NCBI GenBank assembly: GCA_963724735.1
Contig: CAVRVX010000015.1
Span: forward strand, 10,081-74,080
Length of the DNA: 64,000 nt
Origin: an uncultured Alphaproteobacteria bacterium
GTDB taxonomy: Bacteria; Pseudomonadota; Alphaproteobacteria; Rhizobiales; Xanthobacteraceae
Direction of reading: 5' to 3'
Under the pieces are notes generated by a model. It had not been told where the DNA came from and searched no databases. It saw nothing but the letters and a program-made list of their open reading frames with translations. Shown here piece by piece: positions 25,012 through 35,278 of the stretch (the first letter of the stretch is position 1; each line of letters starts with the position of its first letter). The translations under genes and the position numbers were made by a program.

Positions 25012-26346
25012 GTGGAGATGACTGCGCTGCCCGCGGCGCCTGTCGGATCGATCCTCGCCCGGCTTCTCGCGCTCCATCCCAGACGCATCGACCTGTCGCT
25101 CGATCGCATGCGTCGCATTCTCGCCGCGCTCGATCACCCGCAAGAGCAACTGCCGCCGGTGATCCATGTCGCCGGCACCAATGGCAAAGGCTCGACCATC
25201 GCCTTCATGCGCGCGATTCTCGAGGCCGCGGGCCGGCGCGTGCATGCCTACACCTCGCCCAATCTCGTGCGCATCAACGAGCGCTTCCGTCTCGGCCGTC
25301 CTGGCGGCGGCGTGCTCGTCAGCGACGGCGAACTTGCCGAGGCGCTCGAATATTGCGAGCGCAAGAACGGCGAAGCGCCGATCACCGTGTTCGAAATCGA
25401 GACCGCCGCCGCTTTTCTTCTATTTGCCCGCCATCCTGCCGACGTGTTGCTCCTGGAAGTGGGGCTCGGCGGCCGGCTCGATGCGACCAATGTGGTCGAG
25501 CGGCCGCTTGCGAGCGTGATCACATCGGTCTCGATGGACCACATCGACTATCTCGGCGAGACGATCGAGATGATCGCGGCCGAAAAGGCGGGGATCATCA
25601 GACGTGACGTCCCGACCATCATCGGCCGGCAGAGCGAGCATGCGCTCGCTCCGCTTCTTTCGCGCGCAGAAGACGTCGGCGCTTTGCTGCACGTGGCCGG
25701 ACAGGACTGGGTGGCCGGAGAGGAACGCGGACGCCTCGTCTATCAGGATGCCGCGGGCCTGCTCGATCTGCCCGCGCCGCGCTTGTTCGGCCGCCACCAA
25801 TTCGACAATGCCGGCACGGCGATCGCGACGCTGCGCGCCGCCGGCGTCAACCTGCCGATCAAGGCCTATGAAGAAGGCTTGCTCAAAGCCGATTGGCCCG
25901 CGCGCATGCAGCGACTGGCGACGGGCCGGCTCGTCGCGCTCGCGCCGGAGGGTGGCGAACTGTGGCTTGACGGCGGGCACAATGCCGACGCCGGCCGGAT
26001 CGTGGCCGCCGCGCTCGCCGATCTGGAAGAGCGGGTGTCGCGTCCGCTCGTGCTGGTGGTCGGCATGCTCGCGACCAAGGATGCCGAGGGATTCCTGCGC
26101 AATTTCGTCGGCCTCGCGCGCCGGCTGATCGCGGTGCCGATTCATCAGGACAAGACGGCGCCCGCCGAATCGCTCGCCGCGGTCGCGCGCGCGATCGGCA
26201 TTCCGGCGGACGCGAGCGATGGCCTTGCGCCGGCGATCGCCGGCATCCGCACGTTCGGTCTTGCGCCCGCCCCGCGCGTTCTGATCACCGGCTCGCTCTA
26301 TCTTGCGGGCGAAGCGCTCGCCGCCAACGGCACGTTGCCGGAGTGA
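25012..26346 (+). CDS. folC: Folylpolyglutamate synthase/dihydrofolate synthase
   Basis: HVAGTNGKGS, YTSP, LEVGLGGRLDATNV and LDGGHN. Confidence 0.95.
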   Translation: MEMTALPAAPVGSILARLLALHPRRIDLSLDRMRRILAALDHPQEQLPPVIHVAGTNGKGSTIAFMRAILEAAGRRVHAYTSPNLVRINERFRLGRPGGGVLVSDGELAEALEYCERKNGEAPITVFEIETAAAFLLFARHPADVLLLEVGLGGRLDATNVVERPLASVITSVSMDHIDYLGETIEMIAAEKAGIIRRDVPTIIGRQSEHALAPLLSRAEDVGALLHVAGQDWVAGEERGRLVYQDAAGLLDLPAPRLFGRHQFDNAGTAIATLRAAGVNLPIKAYEEGLLKADWPARMQRLATGRLVALAPEGGELWLDGGHNADAGRIVAAALADLEERVSRPLVLVVGMLATKDAEGFLRNFVGLARRLIAVPIHQDKTAPAESLAAVARAIGIPADASDGLAPAIAGIRTFGLAPAPRVLITGSLYLAGEALAANGTLPE

Positions 26347-26438
26347 TCGCGTTGCGGCGAACGGCGTGTTGCCGCGTACGATCCTGCCAAGCGCTGCCCG
26401 GCGCCGGCATGGCGCCGATCGATATTGCGGACAGAACC

Positions 26439-26467
26439 TTGACGAACTGTCTCTCATAAGAGACAAT
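26439..26467 (+). promoter_or_regulatory. Sigma70 promoter and operator of the TA operon
   Basis: TTGACG-N17-GACAAT, overlapped by the inverted repeat TGTCTCT-cata-AGAGACA (26448-26465). Confidence 0.7.
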
Positions 26468-26472
26468 GCGCG

Positions 26473-26763
26473 ATGATCGAAGTCCGGCAAACCGACGTTT
26501 TTGCCGATTGGTTTGCAGGGCTGCGAGATCGCGAGGCGCGCGCCCGCATCACGGTTCGCATCCGCCGCCTCTCGCTCGGCAATCCCGGCGACGTGAAGCC
26601 GGTGGGCGGCGGCGTCTTAGAGATGCGGATCGATTACGGTCCCGGCTACCGGGTGTATTTCGTCCGCCGCGGCGACACGGTCGTCGTGCTGCTGTGCGGC
26701 GGCGACAAGCGGAACCAGGATCGCGACATCGCGCGCGCCCGCGAACTGGCGCAGGAAGTCTAG
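26473..26763 (+). CDS. Type II toxin, RelE/ParE superfamily (HigB/HI1419-like)
   Basis: RIRRLSLGNPGDVKPVGGGVLEMRIDYGPGYRVYF and LLCGGDK. Confidence 0.92.
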   Translation: MIEVRQTDVFADWFAGLRDREARARITVRIRRLSLGNPGDVKPVGGGVLEMRIDYGPGYRVYFVRRGDTVVVLLCGGDKRNQDRDIARARELAQEV

Positions 26764-26773
26764 AGAGAGGCGC

Positions 26774-27055
26774 ATGGCTCGCAAAACGCGGCTCTGGGAT
26801 GCGGCTGACACCCTGGAAACCAAGGAGGACATTGCCGCCTATCTCGATGCCGTGCTTGAGGATGGTGATCCCGATCTGCTGAAGGCGGCGCTCGGCGACA
26901 TCGCCCGCGCCAAGGGCATGACTGAGATCGCGCAGGCCGCCGGCCTTGGCCGCGCCAATCTTTACAAGGCGCTCTCGCCCGACGGCAACCCGGAGTTCGC
27001 GACCGTCGTCAAGGTTCTTAAGGCTCTCGGGCTTCGGCTCTCGGTCGCCGCCTGA
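26774..27055 (+). CDS. Antitoxin, HTH (HI1420/HigA-like addiction module antidote)
   Basis: WDAADTL, ALGDIARAKGMTEIA, LYKALSPDGNPEFATV; directly downstream of the toxin. Confidence 0.9.
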   Translation: MARKTRLWDAADTLETKEDIAAYLDAVLEDGDPDLLKAALGDIARAKGMTEIAQAAGLGRANLYKALSPDGNPEFATVVKVLKALGLRLSVAA

Positions 27056-27070
27056 CAGGCGACCGAGAGC
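27037..27070 (+). terminator. Hairpin at the antitoxin stop codon
   Basis: 13-bp stem gctctcggtcgcc/ggcgaccgagagc with an 8-nt loop containing the TGA. Confidence 0.55.
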
Positions 27071-27087
27071 TTAAGTCTCGGGAGGAT

Positions 27088-27348
27088 TTGGCCGCGCCTG
27101 GACGACAGGTCATGTCGGGTGCCAGGGCGGCAGCGGAAGGCGAGAGCGTCGAGATTGCGACCATCGGGGTCTACAAGATGCCGAAGCTCGTCAGCGCTGT
27201 CATCGCCGCCGGTGATCGCGTGGCCTGGGACGATACCGCCAAACAGGTCGTTCTGCCCAGCACGGGCATGGTGCCGACCCTCTCCACAGGAAATGGCATC
27301 GCCACCGTGCGCGTGCGGCTCGACGGCATTGCGACGGCGGCGGCCTAG
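27088..27348 (+). pseudogene. Truncated DUF2190 (phage capsid cement-type) gene
   Basis: GESVEIATIGVYKMPK...GDRVAWDDTAK...VRVRLDG resembles the C-terminal part of DUF2190. The N-terminal segment is missing. Confidence 0.65.
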
Positions 27349-27439
27349 CCCGCGGACCCGCCTAAACCTAGAAAAGGCTCAGGACATCCGAGCGATAGAG
27401 GAGTCTGTTCAAACCGCTGTACCTGGTGCACTCTACAGG

Positions 27440-28136
27440 CGTGCCATTGCGCTTGTAGTCGTGCGTCATCGTTTGAGCACGGCCCTTCTTCATCGGCAGG
27501 CCCGGTTGCGTACGATCGAGCGCTTGAATCTGGCTTTTCTCGTCGACGCAGAGCACGACTGCCTTGTCGGGTGGATTGAGGTAGAGCCCGACGATGTCGA
27601 CTACTTTCTCAGCGAATTTTGGATCGTTCGATAGCTTGAATGGGCGTGTCAGATGCGGCTTGAGGCCATGCTCCTTCCAGATGCGTTGCATGGTCGTGTG
27701 GCCGACGCCGATCTCCTCGGCCAACATGCGTGCGCTCCAGTGCGTTGCGTGCTTGGGCTTCTCCTGGGCTGTACGCTTCACGATCGCGAGCCGCACCTCG
27801 GCACTGATCGGCTTCTTGCCGGCGCGCGCGCCCTTGCCCCTGTCCTTGAGCAAGCGCTCGACGCCACCATCCATGTAGGCTTTCTGCCAGCGCCAAACCG
27901 TCGGCTTCGATACCCGAGCCTCGCGCTGGATGCTATTCGTGCCGAACCCGCGACCCGACAGCAGCACAATGCGTGCGCGTGCAACGATTTTCTGCGGCGT
28001 CTTGCCATCAGCGATGAGCCGCTCCAGTGTCGTCCGGTCACTGGGCCTGACGTACAGGCATGCATCGATGTTTCGCATGTCCGCCGTTCAATCTGATTTG
28101 CAGGCCCTTGGGAATCCTATAAATGGGTCAGAGCAC
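27440..28136 (-). mobile_element. IS630-family fragment (transposase truncated before the end of the DDE core)
   Basis: HTH region, HWSARMLA, VDIVGLYLNPP, LCVDEKSQIQAL and HDYKRNGT, after which similarity stops. Left end (TA)GTGCTCTGACCCA with the TA at 28137-28138. Confidence 0.85.
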
Positions 28137-28182
28137 TAGCGAATGGGGGTCGCCGAGCACCCGCCGTATTCCGGAAAACTCG

Positions 28183-30037
28183 ATGAGCTACAAACCGAGG
28201 ACGTTTTTCCGTCTAATTGAGGAAGTCAACAAGGGCCTGTTTCTGCCCCACATTCAGAGGCCATTTGTGTGGGAGGAAGAACAAATGCTCAGGCTGTTCG
28301 ACAGCCTGATGCGTAATTATCCCATTCAGAACTCTGTTGTTTTGGCGGACCAAGAACGAGATCAAGGCGCGACGTTTCATGGACCAGGTGTCGTGGGACG
28401 TCGACCTTAGTGACTATTACGACCCGAATGTTAGCAAGGAAGGCGTTGAGAAGGTTTTCGTCCTAGACGGACAGCAGAGGATTCAGACGCTCTACGCCAT
28501 CTTCGCGGGCGCGATTACGTCACCAGACAACAAACGAGCAGAGGCATATTTCGACGCGACCAGCGGGACCGCCCCTGACGAACTTGGCCTCTTGCATCGG
28601 CTCAAGTTCTCGACCGAGGAGCTACCCCTGCCGTGGTACCGCATCGCGAACGTCATTGGAAAGGATGGACAGAAGAACGCGGAGGAGCTCGCCGACGAAA
28701 TAAATGAAGCCCTGAGCCAAATGCAAGAAGCCCTTCCCGAGGAGCAACGAGAAACGCCTCAGGACTCCAAAGCGCGTGAGAAGCGGGTGCGCCGAAACAT
28801 GGCTCAACTCGTCTCCTTGCTACGCGAGGAAAAGCATTTTTGGGTTCAGGAACTGGACGGGGTCGCCAATGACTACCCGTACCGTCGCGTTCTAGACATC
28901 TTCGTGCGTGTGAACTCCGGCGGCACAAAGCTCAATTCCTCCGACCTGATGTTTGCCGCGATGAAAGAGGGCTGGGACGAAATTGAGGAGGTTATCGAGG
29001 AGACCACCGAGCTTCTTAACGGTGCCAACCTTCAATTCGATAAGACTTTCCCTCTCAAATGCCTCCTGGTTGCGCACGGCCGCGGCGCGGAGACATCGCC
29101 CGAGAAATTCACCGGCCCGGATGGCGATCAGTTGCTGCAAGAGATGAACGCTGGCTGGGATGAAGCCGAAAGGGCGTTTCACCAGCTTCGCGATTTCATG
29201 CAGCATGATCTAAAGGTGTATGCGGACAAGGTTATTCGCAGCTACAACAGCTTCATCCCGCTGTTCGATTATCTATTCCACAATCCCAAACCCAACGAGG
29301 TCTCGCGCGCTCTTATGCGGGCCTATCATTACAAGGCACAGCTGTTTGGATGGTACTCCCAGAGCACCGACACCGTCGTGAACACGTTACATTCGATCGT
29401 TGGGAAGGGTTGTCCGACCGGGTTTCCCATTGAGGAGGTAAAGGACTACTTTCGCAAGCGGGGCAATCAAACTGAACTGTCAAAGGCGCACTTAACGGAG
29501 AGCCGACTTCGCCACATCTTGCTCAATCTGATATACGTCGACCAGTTTGGCTCCTCACCGTTCGACGTGAAGTTCAAGGGAAACGAACCGCACATCGATC
29601 ATATCTATTCACAGTACGCTCTGCGCAGCAAATTGGGTTTGTTGAGCGCCGACATCAATCACCTCGGCAATTTTCGATTCGTCGGCCAAACCGACAACAT
29701 CCGGAAGCGTGCTGAGCTGCCTGGGGCCTATTTCGCGAGATTGAAGGCGGCTGGGATCGACATCGGAAAGCACCTGTTGCTCTCCGACTATTCTGCCAAC
29801 CCATCGCTGATGCTTCTTGATGTCGACACGTACAAGGACTTCCGCGATAAGCGCTTCGCTCGAATTTGGGAGATTGTTTCGGCTATCGTGAACGCCGAGA
29901 TTAAGCCCAAACCGGCGCAGCCGGCATCCACGATCGCGGTGCCAGCTATCAGCGTGCCCGCAGCGGCGGCCGCGTCATTAGCCGCCGGCGTGGTGGACGG
30001 CCAGCAGCCACCGCAGTCCGTTGCGCCTGAGACTTAA
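28183..30037 (+). pseudogene. DUF262 + HNH-like (GmrSD-type) modification-dependent restriction protein with a +1 frameshift at 28330
   Basis: LPHIQRPFVW, VLDGQQR, FVRVNSGG and HIDHIY...INHLGNF. Removing one A from cagaact restores YPIQTLLFWRT. Confidence 0.75.
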
Positions 30038-30580
30038 GGCGCACAGCGCACTCGATTTCCTGGTCACCGAACTCGAAGAAAACATCTTCGCCGTCGATGG
30101 CAGAACACGAAGCGAACACCCGCCCATTCCGTGTCGCATCCGTGTCGCACGAAATTGCCGGCAATGCTCGTAAGCCTTTGACATATTTCGGTTTCGCCTT
30201 GCGTTCCTTTGCAACACGGACCGGATTGGCGGCAGGGGCCGGAAATGCAAACGACGCTGGACTAGGCATAGAAGCACAGCGAGAGCCGATACCGGCACGA
30301 CGAAGTAGCCTGAGGGCTGGAGTGGAAAACCGATAATCAAGCCGTAGCAGGACAAGTTGGCGAACTGAGCCGATTGGTGTCCACTCTCGCACCCACCTCG
30401 TCAGCTCGACGCTGTGCACGAGGCGTCCGTAGCTGAGGGCAAATCTTCAGCGTGATTTATCTTCTCAGTGAGGCGAAGCGGCCATTTTCCTCGACCCGAA
30501 GATTGAGACGCAACCCCGATGTGCCCTTCGCGGGGTCTCGCCATCTCGCGCTTCAGCACGTCATGAGATTCTTTCGCTGA

Positions 30581-31204
30581 TCACGCATCAGGACGGAAAG
30601 GTTTCCGCCCTGACTGAATCGCGTCCTCGAGGAGATCGAGTCGATCTTGACCCCAAAAGACCTCGCCATTGAGTACATAACTTGGTGAACCAATGACTTC
30701 GATCGCGATCGCGTCTCCGGTATTCTTATCGTACATCGCCTCAGATCCGGGACCTTTAGCATCGGCTAGCAACCTCTCGCCAGGTAGCTGCCTAGCGTGT
30801 GCAAGCGCGATCAAGGTCGCAGCGTCAGCGAGGTTTTGGTCTTGCTCCCATAGCGCGGCGAAGGCTTGGCGCAAGAAAGGGTCGGGATCATGTCCCGCAA
30901 GTAGCAACGCAACAACGAACCGATCGGCAAGGTTGGCTTCGAAAGGAAAGAATTTTGGATGCAATTTGAAATTCAACCGCCGCTTCTCACGCCAGCGCTG
31001 TAGCTCAAGAATTCGATATCGCAGGCGGGCCGGATGGCGCTTGGTGACCGGGACTCCCCCTGTCTCGGAAAAGACCTCGGGAAGGGATACGGGCCTGTAT
31101 GTGACCGTTACATTATGCCGGCGCGCCATTTCAACAAACGGAACATGTCCGATATAGGCCCAGGGCGAATGCATCGAAAAGTAGTAATCCACAGTTCGTG
31201 ACAT
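30581..31204 (-). CDS. 2-hydroxychromene-2-carboxylate isomerase / GST-kappa (DsbA-like) protein
   Basis: VDYYFSMHSPWAYIG and GSPSYVLNGEVFWGQDRLD. Confidence 0.88.
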   Translation of the reverse strand: MSRTVDYYFSMHSPWAYIGHVPFVEMARRHNVTVTYRPVSLPEVFSETGGVPVTKRHPARLRYRILELQRWREKRRLNFKLHPKFFPFEANLADRFVVALLLAGHDPDPFLRQAFAALWEQDQNLADAATLIALAHARQLPGERLLADAKGPGSEAMYDKNTGDAIAIEVIGSPSYVLNGEVFWGQDRLDLLEDAIQSGRKPFRPDA

Positions 31205-31498
31205 GAGCGTTCTCCCTGCACCGTGTGTTGCGGGCCAGCGACTGGCCATATCCTGCCCGCGGACGACGCCGACGACAATTAGCGCAACGTTGCAACTTCT
31301 TCCGACTGGGGCACCCGATCCCGCCGCTTGGCTTTCCCGACCGACGCCCTTCGGCTGGGCAACGAAATCCGTCTCGCCCTTACTCGCTAACTCGTGCGAT
31401 TACGCACCTTCTTGCTTCCACAGTGCTTCCAGAATTTGGGTCGAGATCTCAGCCGAAAAGCAAAACGCCGCCAAGTCTTTGACCTGACGGCGTTTATT

Positions 31499-31575
<77 letters not shown>

Positions 31576-31633
31576 CCAATTCCGATTGCAGGCAACCGCC
31601 TGCATGGCGATTATGTAACAACTGCTCCTCCGG

Positions 31634-32587
31634 ATGGGAAGCCCGCCTTTGGACAAACTGCTTTCGCCTCCCGGCTTGGCCTCGGAGACGCCTGGTCCGC
31701 CCAAGCGTCTCGGTCTGCACCCCGACGCCGCGGTGCCGGACACGCTGCGCACCGTCGCCCATGACATCCTGGCGGAAGGGCGAGCGGCGATCGGCAATCC
31801 CGACGGCGCCATCGCGGTGCACGATTTTCGCAAGGCGATGAAGCGCTGGCGCGCCTTCCTGCGGCTGCTGCAACCCTATCTGGGCGACGAAGGGCGGCGG
31901 ATGCGGGTCGAGGCGGCCGAGCTCGCGCGCAGTCTCTCCGGCGCGCGCGACGCCCGCACCGCGCTCGACGCGCTGGCCGATTTCGGCAAGGGCGAGCAAG
32001 CGCTCTCGCCCCGGTCGTTCGCCACCATCACCGCCCGCCTCGAAATGCTGCGCCTCGAGGCGGAAGGAAGCACGCTTACTCCCGAAGCGCGCGCGCAGAT
32101 CGACGCCATCCTCGTGGCGGCGGACGAATCGGTGAAGTTCTGGCCGCTGGCGACGTTGAGCTACAAGAACGTCACCACCGAACTTGCCGAGGGCTATCGG
32201 CGCGCCCGCGACGCCATTCCGCACGACTGGAAATCCGCCGATCCCGAGACTTTGCACGATCTGCGCAAGCGCGTGGTCGTGCACCGGTATCAGATGGAGA
32301 TCATCGAGCCGCTGTGGCCGCGTTTCGGCCAGTTCTGGGTCGGCGAGGTCCAGCGATTGCGCGAGCGGCTCGGACACCACCAGGACCTGATCATTTTCAC
32401 TCAGCTCACCGCAGCTCATCAACCGCTCGCGCGCTGGCGGTCGCGACTGGCCCCGCTGATCGCCGGCCGTCGGGCGGCGCATGTGCACACGGCTGCGCGC
32501 ATCGCTGCCCGGCTGTTCGCCGATTCGCCGAAGGCGTTTCGCCGCCGCCTGCTCGCGTTGTGGGACGAAGAGGCGCGCCCGGCCTGA
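31634..32587 (+). CDS. CHAD domain protein (polyphosphate-binding)
   Basis: VHDFRKAMKRWRA and LHDLRKRVVVHRYQME...LGHHQDL repeat motifs. Confidence 0.85.
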   Translation: MGSPPLDKLLSPPGLASETPGPPKRLGLHPDAAVPDTLRTVAHDILAEGRAAIGNPDGAIAVHDFRKAMKRWRAFLRLLQPYLGDEGRRMRVEAAELARSLSGARDARTALDALADFGKGEQALSPRSFATITARLEMLRLEAEGSTLTPEARAQIDAILVAADESVKFWPLATLSYKNVTTELAEGYRRARDAIPHDWKSADPETLHDLRKRVVVHRYQMEIIEPLWPRFGQFWVGEVQRLRERLGHHQDLIIFTQLTAAHQPLARWRSRLAPLIAGRRAAHVHTAARIAARLFADSPKAFRRRLLALWDEEARPA

Positions 32588-32712
32588 CGGACGGCGCGGA
32601 CGACCATGTCGGGTTGCCGGCGGCCGCTGCGCCGTACCCAACCGGGTTGTGCCTTGCGCCCAGATACTGCGCTGCCGAACTGCGACCTTCGGCAGGAGGG
32701 GACCACCCGCCG

Positions 32713-33165
32713 ATGACGCTCGATACCGAAACCCTGCTGTTCCGCCTGGGCGCGGCCGCGCTCGCCGGTGGGCTGATCGGGCTCAATCGCGACCTGACCA
32801 ACAAGCCGATCGGCGTGCGGACGCTCGGCCTCGTCGCGCTCGGCAGCGCCGTCGTGGTGGTTTCGACCATCCAATTCCCCGGCATCGCGGATGACGCGAA
32901 TGCGGCGAGCCGCGTCATCCAGGGGATCATTCAGGGCCTGATGACCGGCATCAGCTTCATCGGCGCCGGCGTCATCCTGCGCGACTCGAGCACGCGAAGA
33001 GTACGGGGACTGACGACGGCCGCAACGGTCTGGGTGACCGCCGCGCTCGGCATCGCCTGCGGTCTGGGGGCGTGGCGGACGGTCGTAATTGCGATGATTC
33101 TGGCCTTCGTCCTGCTGATCGGGGTGCGCTGGGTGGAGCGCGTCGTGCTTTCCGAAGAGCCGTGA
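32713..33165 (+). CDS. MgtC/SapB family membrane protein
   Basis: GVRTLGLV, SRVIQGII.GISFIGAGVIL and GLTTAATVW. Confidence 0.88.
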   Translation: MTLDTETLLFRLGAAALAGGLIGLNRDLTNKPIGVRTLGLVALGSAVVVVSTIQFPGIADDANAASRVIQGIIQGLMTGISFIGAGVILRDSSTRRVRGLTTAATVWVTAALGIACGLGAWRTVVIAMILAFVLLIGVRWVERVVLSEEP

Positions 33166-33261
33166 CGCCGCGGATGCGTCGCGCTGGCTTTGCGGTGCGC
33201 CCCAATGGAAGCATCACGGGGTCCAGGCGGTGCGATCACCCGCAAGGCGGACGGCAAGCGC

Positions 33262-33606
33262 TTACTTCGGCAGAGTCGGGACCATGAGATGGAACAGCTT
33301 CATCTCGGCGCCCCGATCGGCCGCGATCGTCGCCGTTTCGGCCGGTCCAAGATAGACGCCGGCGCCCTTGGCGACGTCGTAGATCTTGCCTTCCAGCTTG
33401 ATCGTGCCTTTGCCCTCCATCAGATAGACGAGCTGATGACGGTCGGAGGCATCGGGCGAAAACCGTTCGCCGGGCTTAAGCCAACGCAGCACGCCGCGCC
33501 CGTTCTTGGCTCCGCACAGGGCCTCGCTCAGGATATCGGTCACTTCGCCCTGCCCGGTCGAGGGCTGACGCGGCAGCTTCGCCGTTTCGATGAAAGTCAG
33601 CGACAT
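33262..33606 (-). CDS. Cupin-fold protein
   Basis: HQLVYLMEGKG...GAGVYLGP cupin barrel pattern with a degenerate metal site. Confidence 0.65.
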   Translation of the reverse strand: MSLTFIETAKLPRQPSTGQGEVTDILSEALCGAKNGRGVLRWLKPGERFSPDASDRHQLVYLMEGKGTIKLEGKIYDVAKGAGVYLGPAETATIAADRGAEMKLFHLMVPTLPK

Positions 33607-33632
33607 CGTCTCGCGCCCGTTCCCGGCATTGG

Positions 33633-34046
33633 TCAGGTCTGGACCCAGACGCGCCCGTCTCGCCGCTCCCAGCGCAGATCGTCGGGCGTGCCATCCAGGA
33701 TGGTCGTCTTGAACCGGTTCGGCGCCTGCCATTCGAAATAGAACAGGGGCTCGGTCGCGCGCAGGCGATGCCTCTCTTCCGCTGGAATGAACACGAGATC
33801 GCCCGGTCCGACTGCGCGCGCCCCCTCCTCCAATTCCACCGTCGCCTTGCCGTCGATGATGAAATAGAAGTGCTCGCAATTGGCGTGATAATGATAGGGC
33901 GACGACGCGCCCGCCTTGTAGTGCATCACGCCCGCCAGCATGTCGTCGATATGCGCGAGTTCCTTGTTGACGAAAAAGGTGCGTTCGCGCCCGGGCACGA
34001 CCGACACCAGCGTCGGCAGCTCGTCCTCCTTGAAGATATAGGCCAT
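33633..34046 (-). CDS. Cupin domain protein (intact metal site)
   Basis: PYHYHANCEHFYFIIDG and GDLVFIPAEERH. Confidence 0.85.
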   Translation of the reverse strand: MAYIFKEDELPTLVSVVPGRERTFFVNKELAHIDDMLAGVMHYKAGASSPYHYHANCEHFYFIIDGKATVELEEGARAVGPGDLVFIPAEERHRLRATEPLFYFEWQAPNRFKTTILDGTPDDLRWERRDGRVWVQT

Positions 34047-34093
34047 GGATTCCCTGCTCCCTTGAACGGTTCGTCTTGCCCGGCGAGACATCG

Positions 34094-35278
34094 TCAATCC
34101 GCCGGCATATTGCACTCTTTGTAATAGGCGTCCTTGTGGTCCTTGGTGATCACGCCGCGATTAGCCATGATCGGGCGGCCTTTCTCGTCCTTGACGATTT
34201 CAGTCAGGTAGTAGTTCTGGATCGGATAATGGTTGGTGTTGAAATGGAAGCCGGGCCGCACCGTATCGAACTTTACCGTTTCCAACGCCTTGCGAAACGC
34301 CTTTTTGTCTTCAACCTTGCCGCCGATCGAATCAAGCGCGGCGGCGATCAGGCGCGCGCCGTCGTAGGCCTGGGCTGCGTTTTCCGATGGCAGGCGGCCA
34401 TATTCGGCCTCGAAGTCGGCAATGAACTTCTTGCTTGCAGGATCGGTTAGCGTCTCGGCCCAGTAGACTGAGGCAAACGCGCCGAGCGCCGCATCGCCGA
34501 TCCCAGGGAGCACCGTCTGGTCGAGCGACGGCCCGGGGCCATAAAGCGGAATCTCCTCCTTCAGCCCCGCCTGCGCGTATTGGCGCACGAAATTGATGCC
34601 CATTCCGCCCGGATAGAAGAAGAAAACGCCGTCCGGTTTCTTCGCGCGCAGCTGTGCGATCTCGGCGGCATAGTCGAGCTGGCCGAAGCTCGTGTAGATC
34701 TCGTCGACGATCTCGCCTTTGTAGTAGCGCTTGAAGCCGCCGATGAAGTCCTTCCCCGCCGGATAGTTTGGCGCCATCAGATACATGCGCTTGACGCCCT
34801 TGTCCTGCACATGAATGCCCATCGCCTCCGCGGTGGAATCGTTCTGGTGCGACGTGGAGAAGAAGTGCGGATGGCATTGCCGTCCCGCCAACAGCGACGG
34901 CCCCGCATTCACATTGATGAGGAAGGCGCCGGAATCGAGCACCGGCTTGGCGAGCGCGAGCAGCACATTGGAGAAATTGATCCCGGTGACGATGTGCACG
35001 CGGTCGCGCTCCACCATCTTGTCTGCAAGCTGGCGGCCGACATCGGGCTTGGCCTGATCGTCGCCTTGAATCAATTCGACCGGGCGTCCGCCGAGCTTAT
35101 TGCCGACGCTCTTGAGGCCGAGTTTGAATCCGTCGAACAGTTCCTGTCCGAGACCGCCGGTGGGACCGGAAAAGGTCGAAATGAATCCGATCTTGACCGG
35201 TTGCTGCGCTCCAGCCGGCGCTGTAAGCGCCGCAACCAGTGCAACCGCGGAAATGGACGCGAAGATTTTGGCTTTCAA
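34094..35278 (-). CDS. ABC transporter substrate-binding protein, LIV/type I periplasmic class (aromatic-acid-binding-like)
   Basis: TTG start after GAGGAG, signal peptide, KIGFISTFSGP, DDQAKPD, GQLDYAAE and AQAYD. Confidence 0.88.
   Translation of the reverse strand: MKAKIFASISAVALVAALTAPAGAQQPVKIGFISTFSGPTGGLGQELFDGFKLGLKSVGNKLGGRPVELIQGDDQAKPDVGRQLADKMVERDRVHIVTGINFSNVLLALAKPVLDSGAFLINVNAGPSLLAGRQCHPHFFSTSHQNDSTAEAMGIHVQDKGVKRMYLMAPNYPAGKDFIGGFKRYYKGEIVDEIYTSFGQLDYAAEIAQLRAKKPDGVFFFYPGGMGINFVRQYAQAGLKEEIPLYGPGPSLDQTVLPGIGDAALGAFASVYWAETLTDPASKKFIADFEAEYGRLPSENAAQAYDGARLIAAALDSIGGKVEDKKAFRKALETVKFDTVRPGFHFNTNHYPIQNYYLTEIVKDEKGRPIMANRGVITKDHKDAYYKECNMPAD

Larger units (their letters stand above)
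26347..31498. mobile_element. Decayed genomic island at the 3' end of tRNA-fMet
   Basis: Lies between folC and the tRNA 3' end. Cargo is a TA pair, a phage gene remnant, an IS fragment and a restriction-type gene; visibly more AT-rich from about 28.1 kb. No integrase or att duplicate was found. Confidence 0.6.

Noticed and set aside
26347-26472. att duplicate of the tRNA-fMet 3' end at the island's left border
   Set aside because: Only GTTGCGG (7 bp) matches, which is expected by chance.
27349-27439. Second IS end or right inverted repeat of the IS630
   Set aside because: There is only weak resemblance (ggctcaggaca, gagtctgttcaaa) and no match to the left end in the right orientation.
29949-30560. 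Short ORFs between the GmrSD-like gene and the isomerase
   Set aside because: They have no motifs or RBS and overlap in conflicting frames; probably degraded island DNA.
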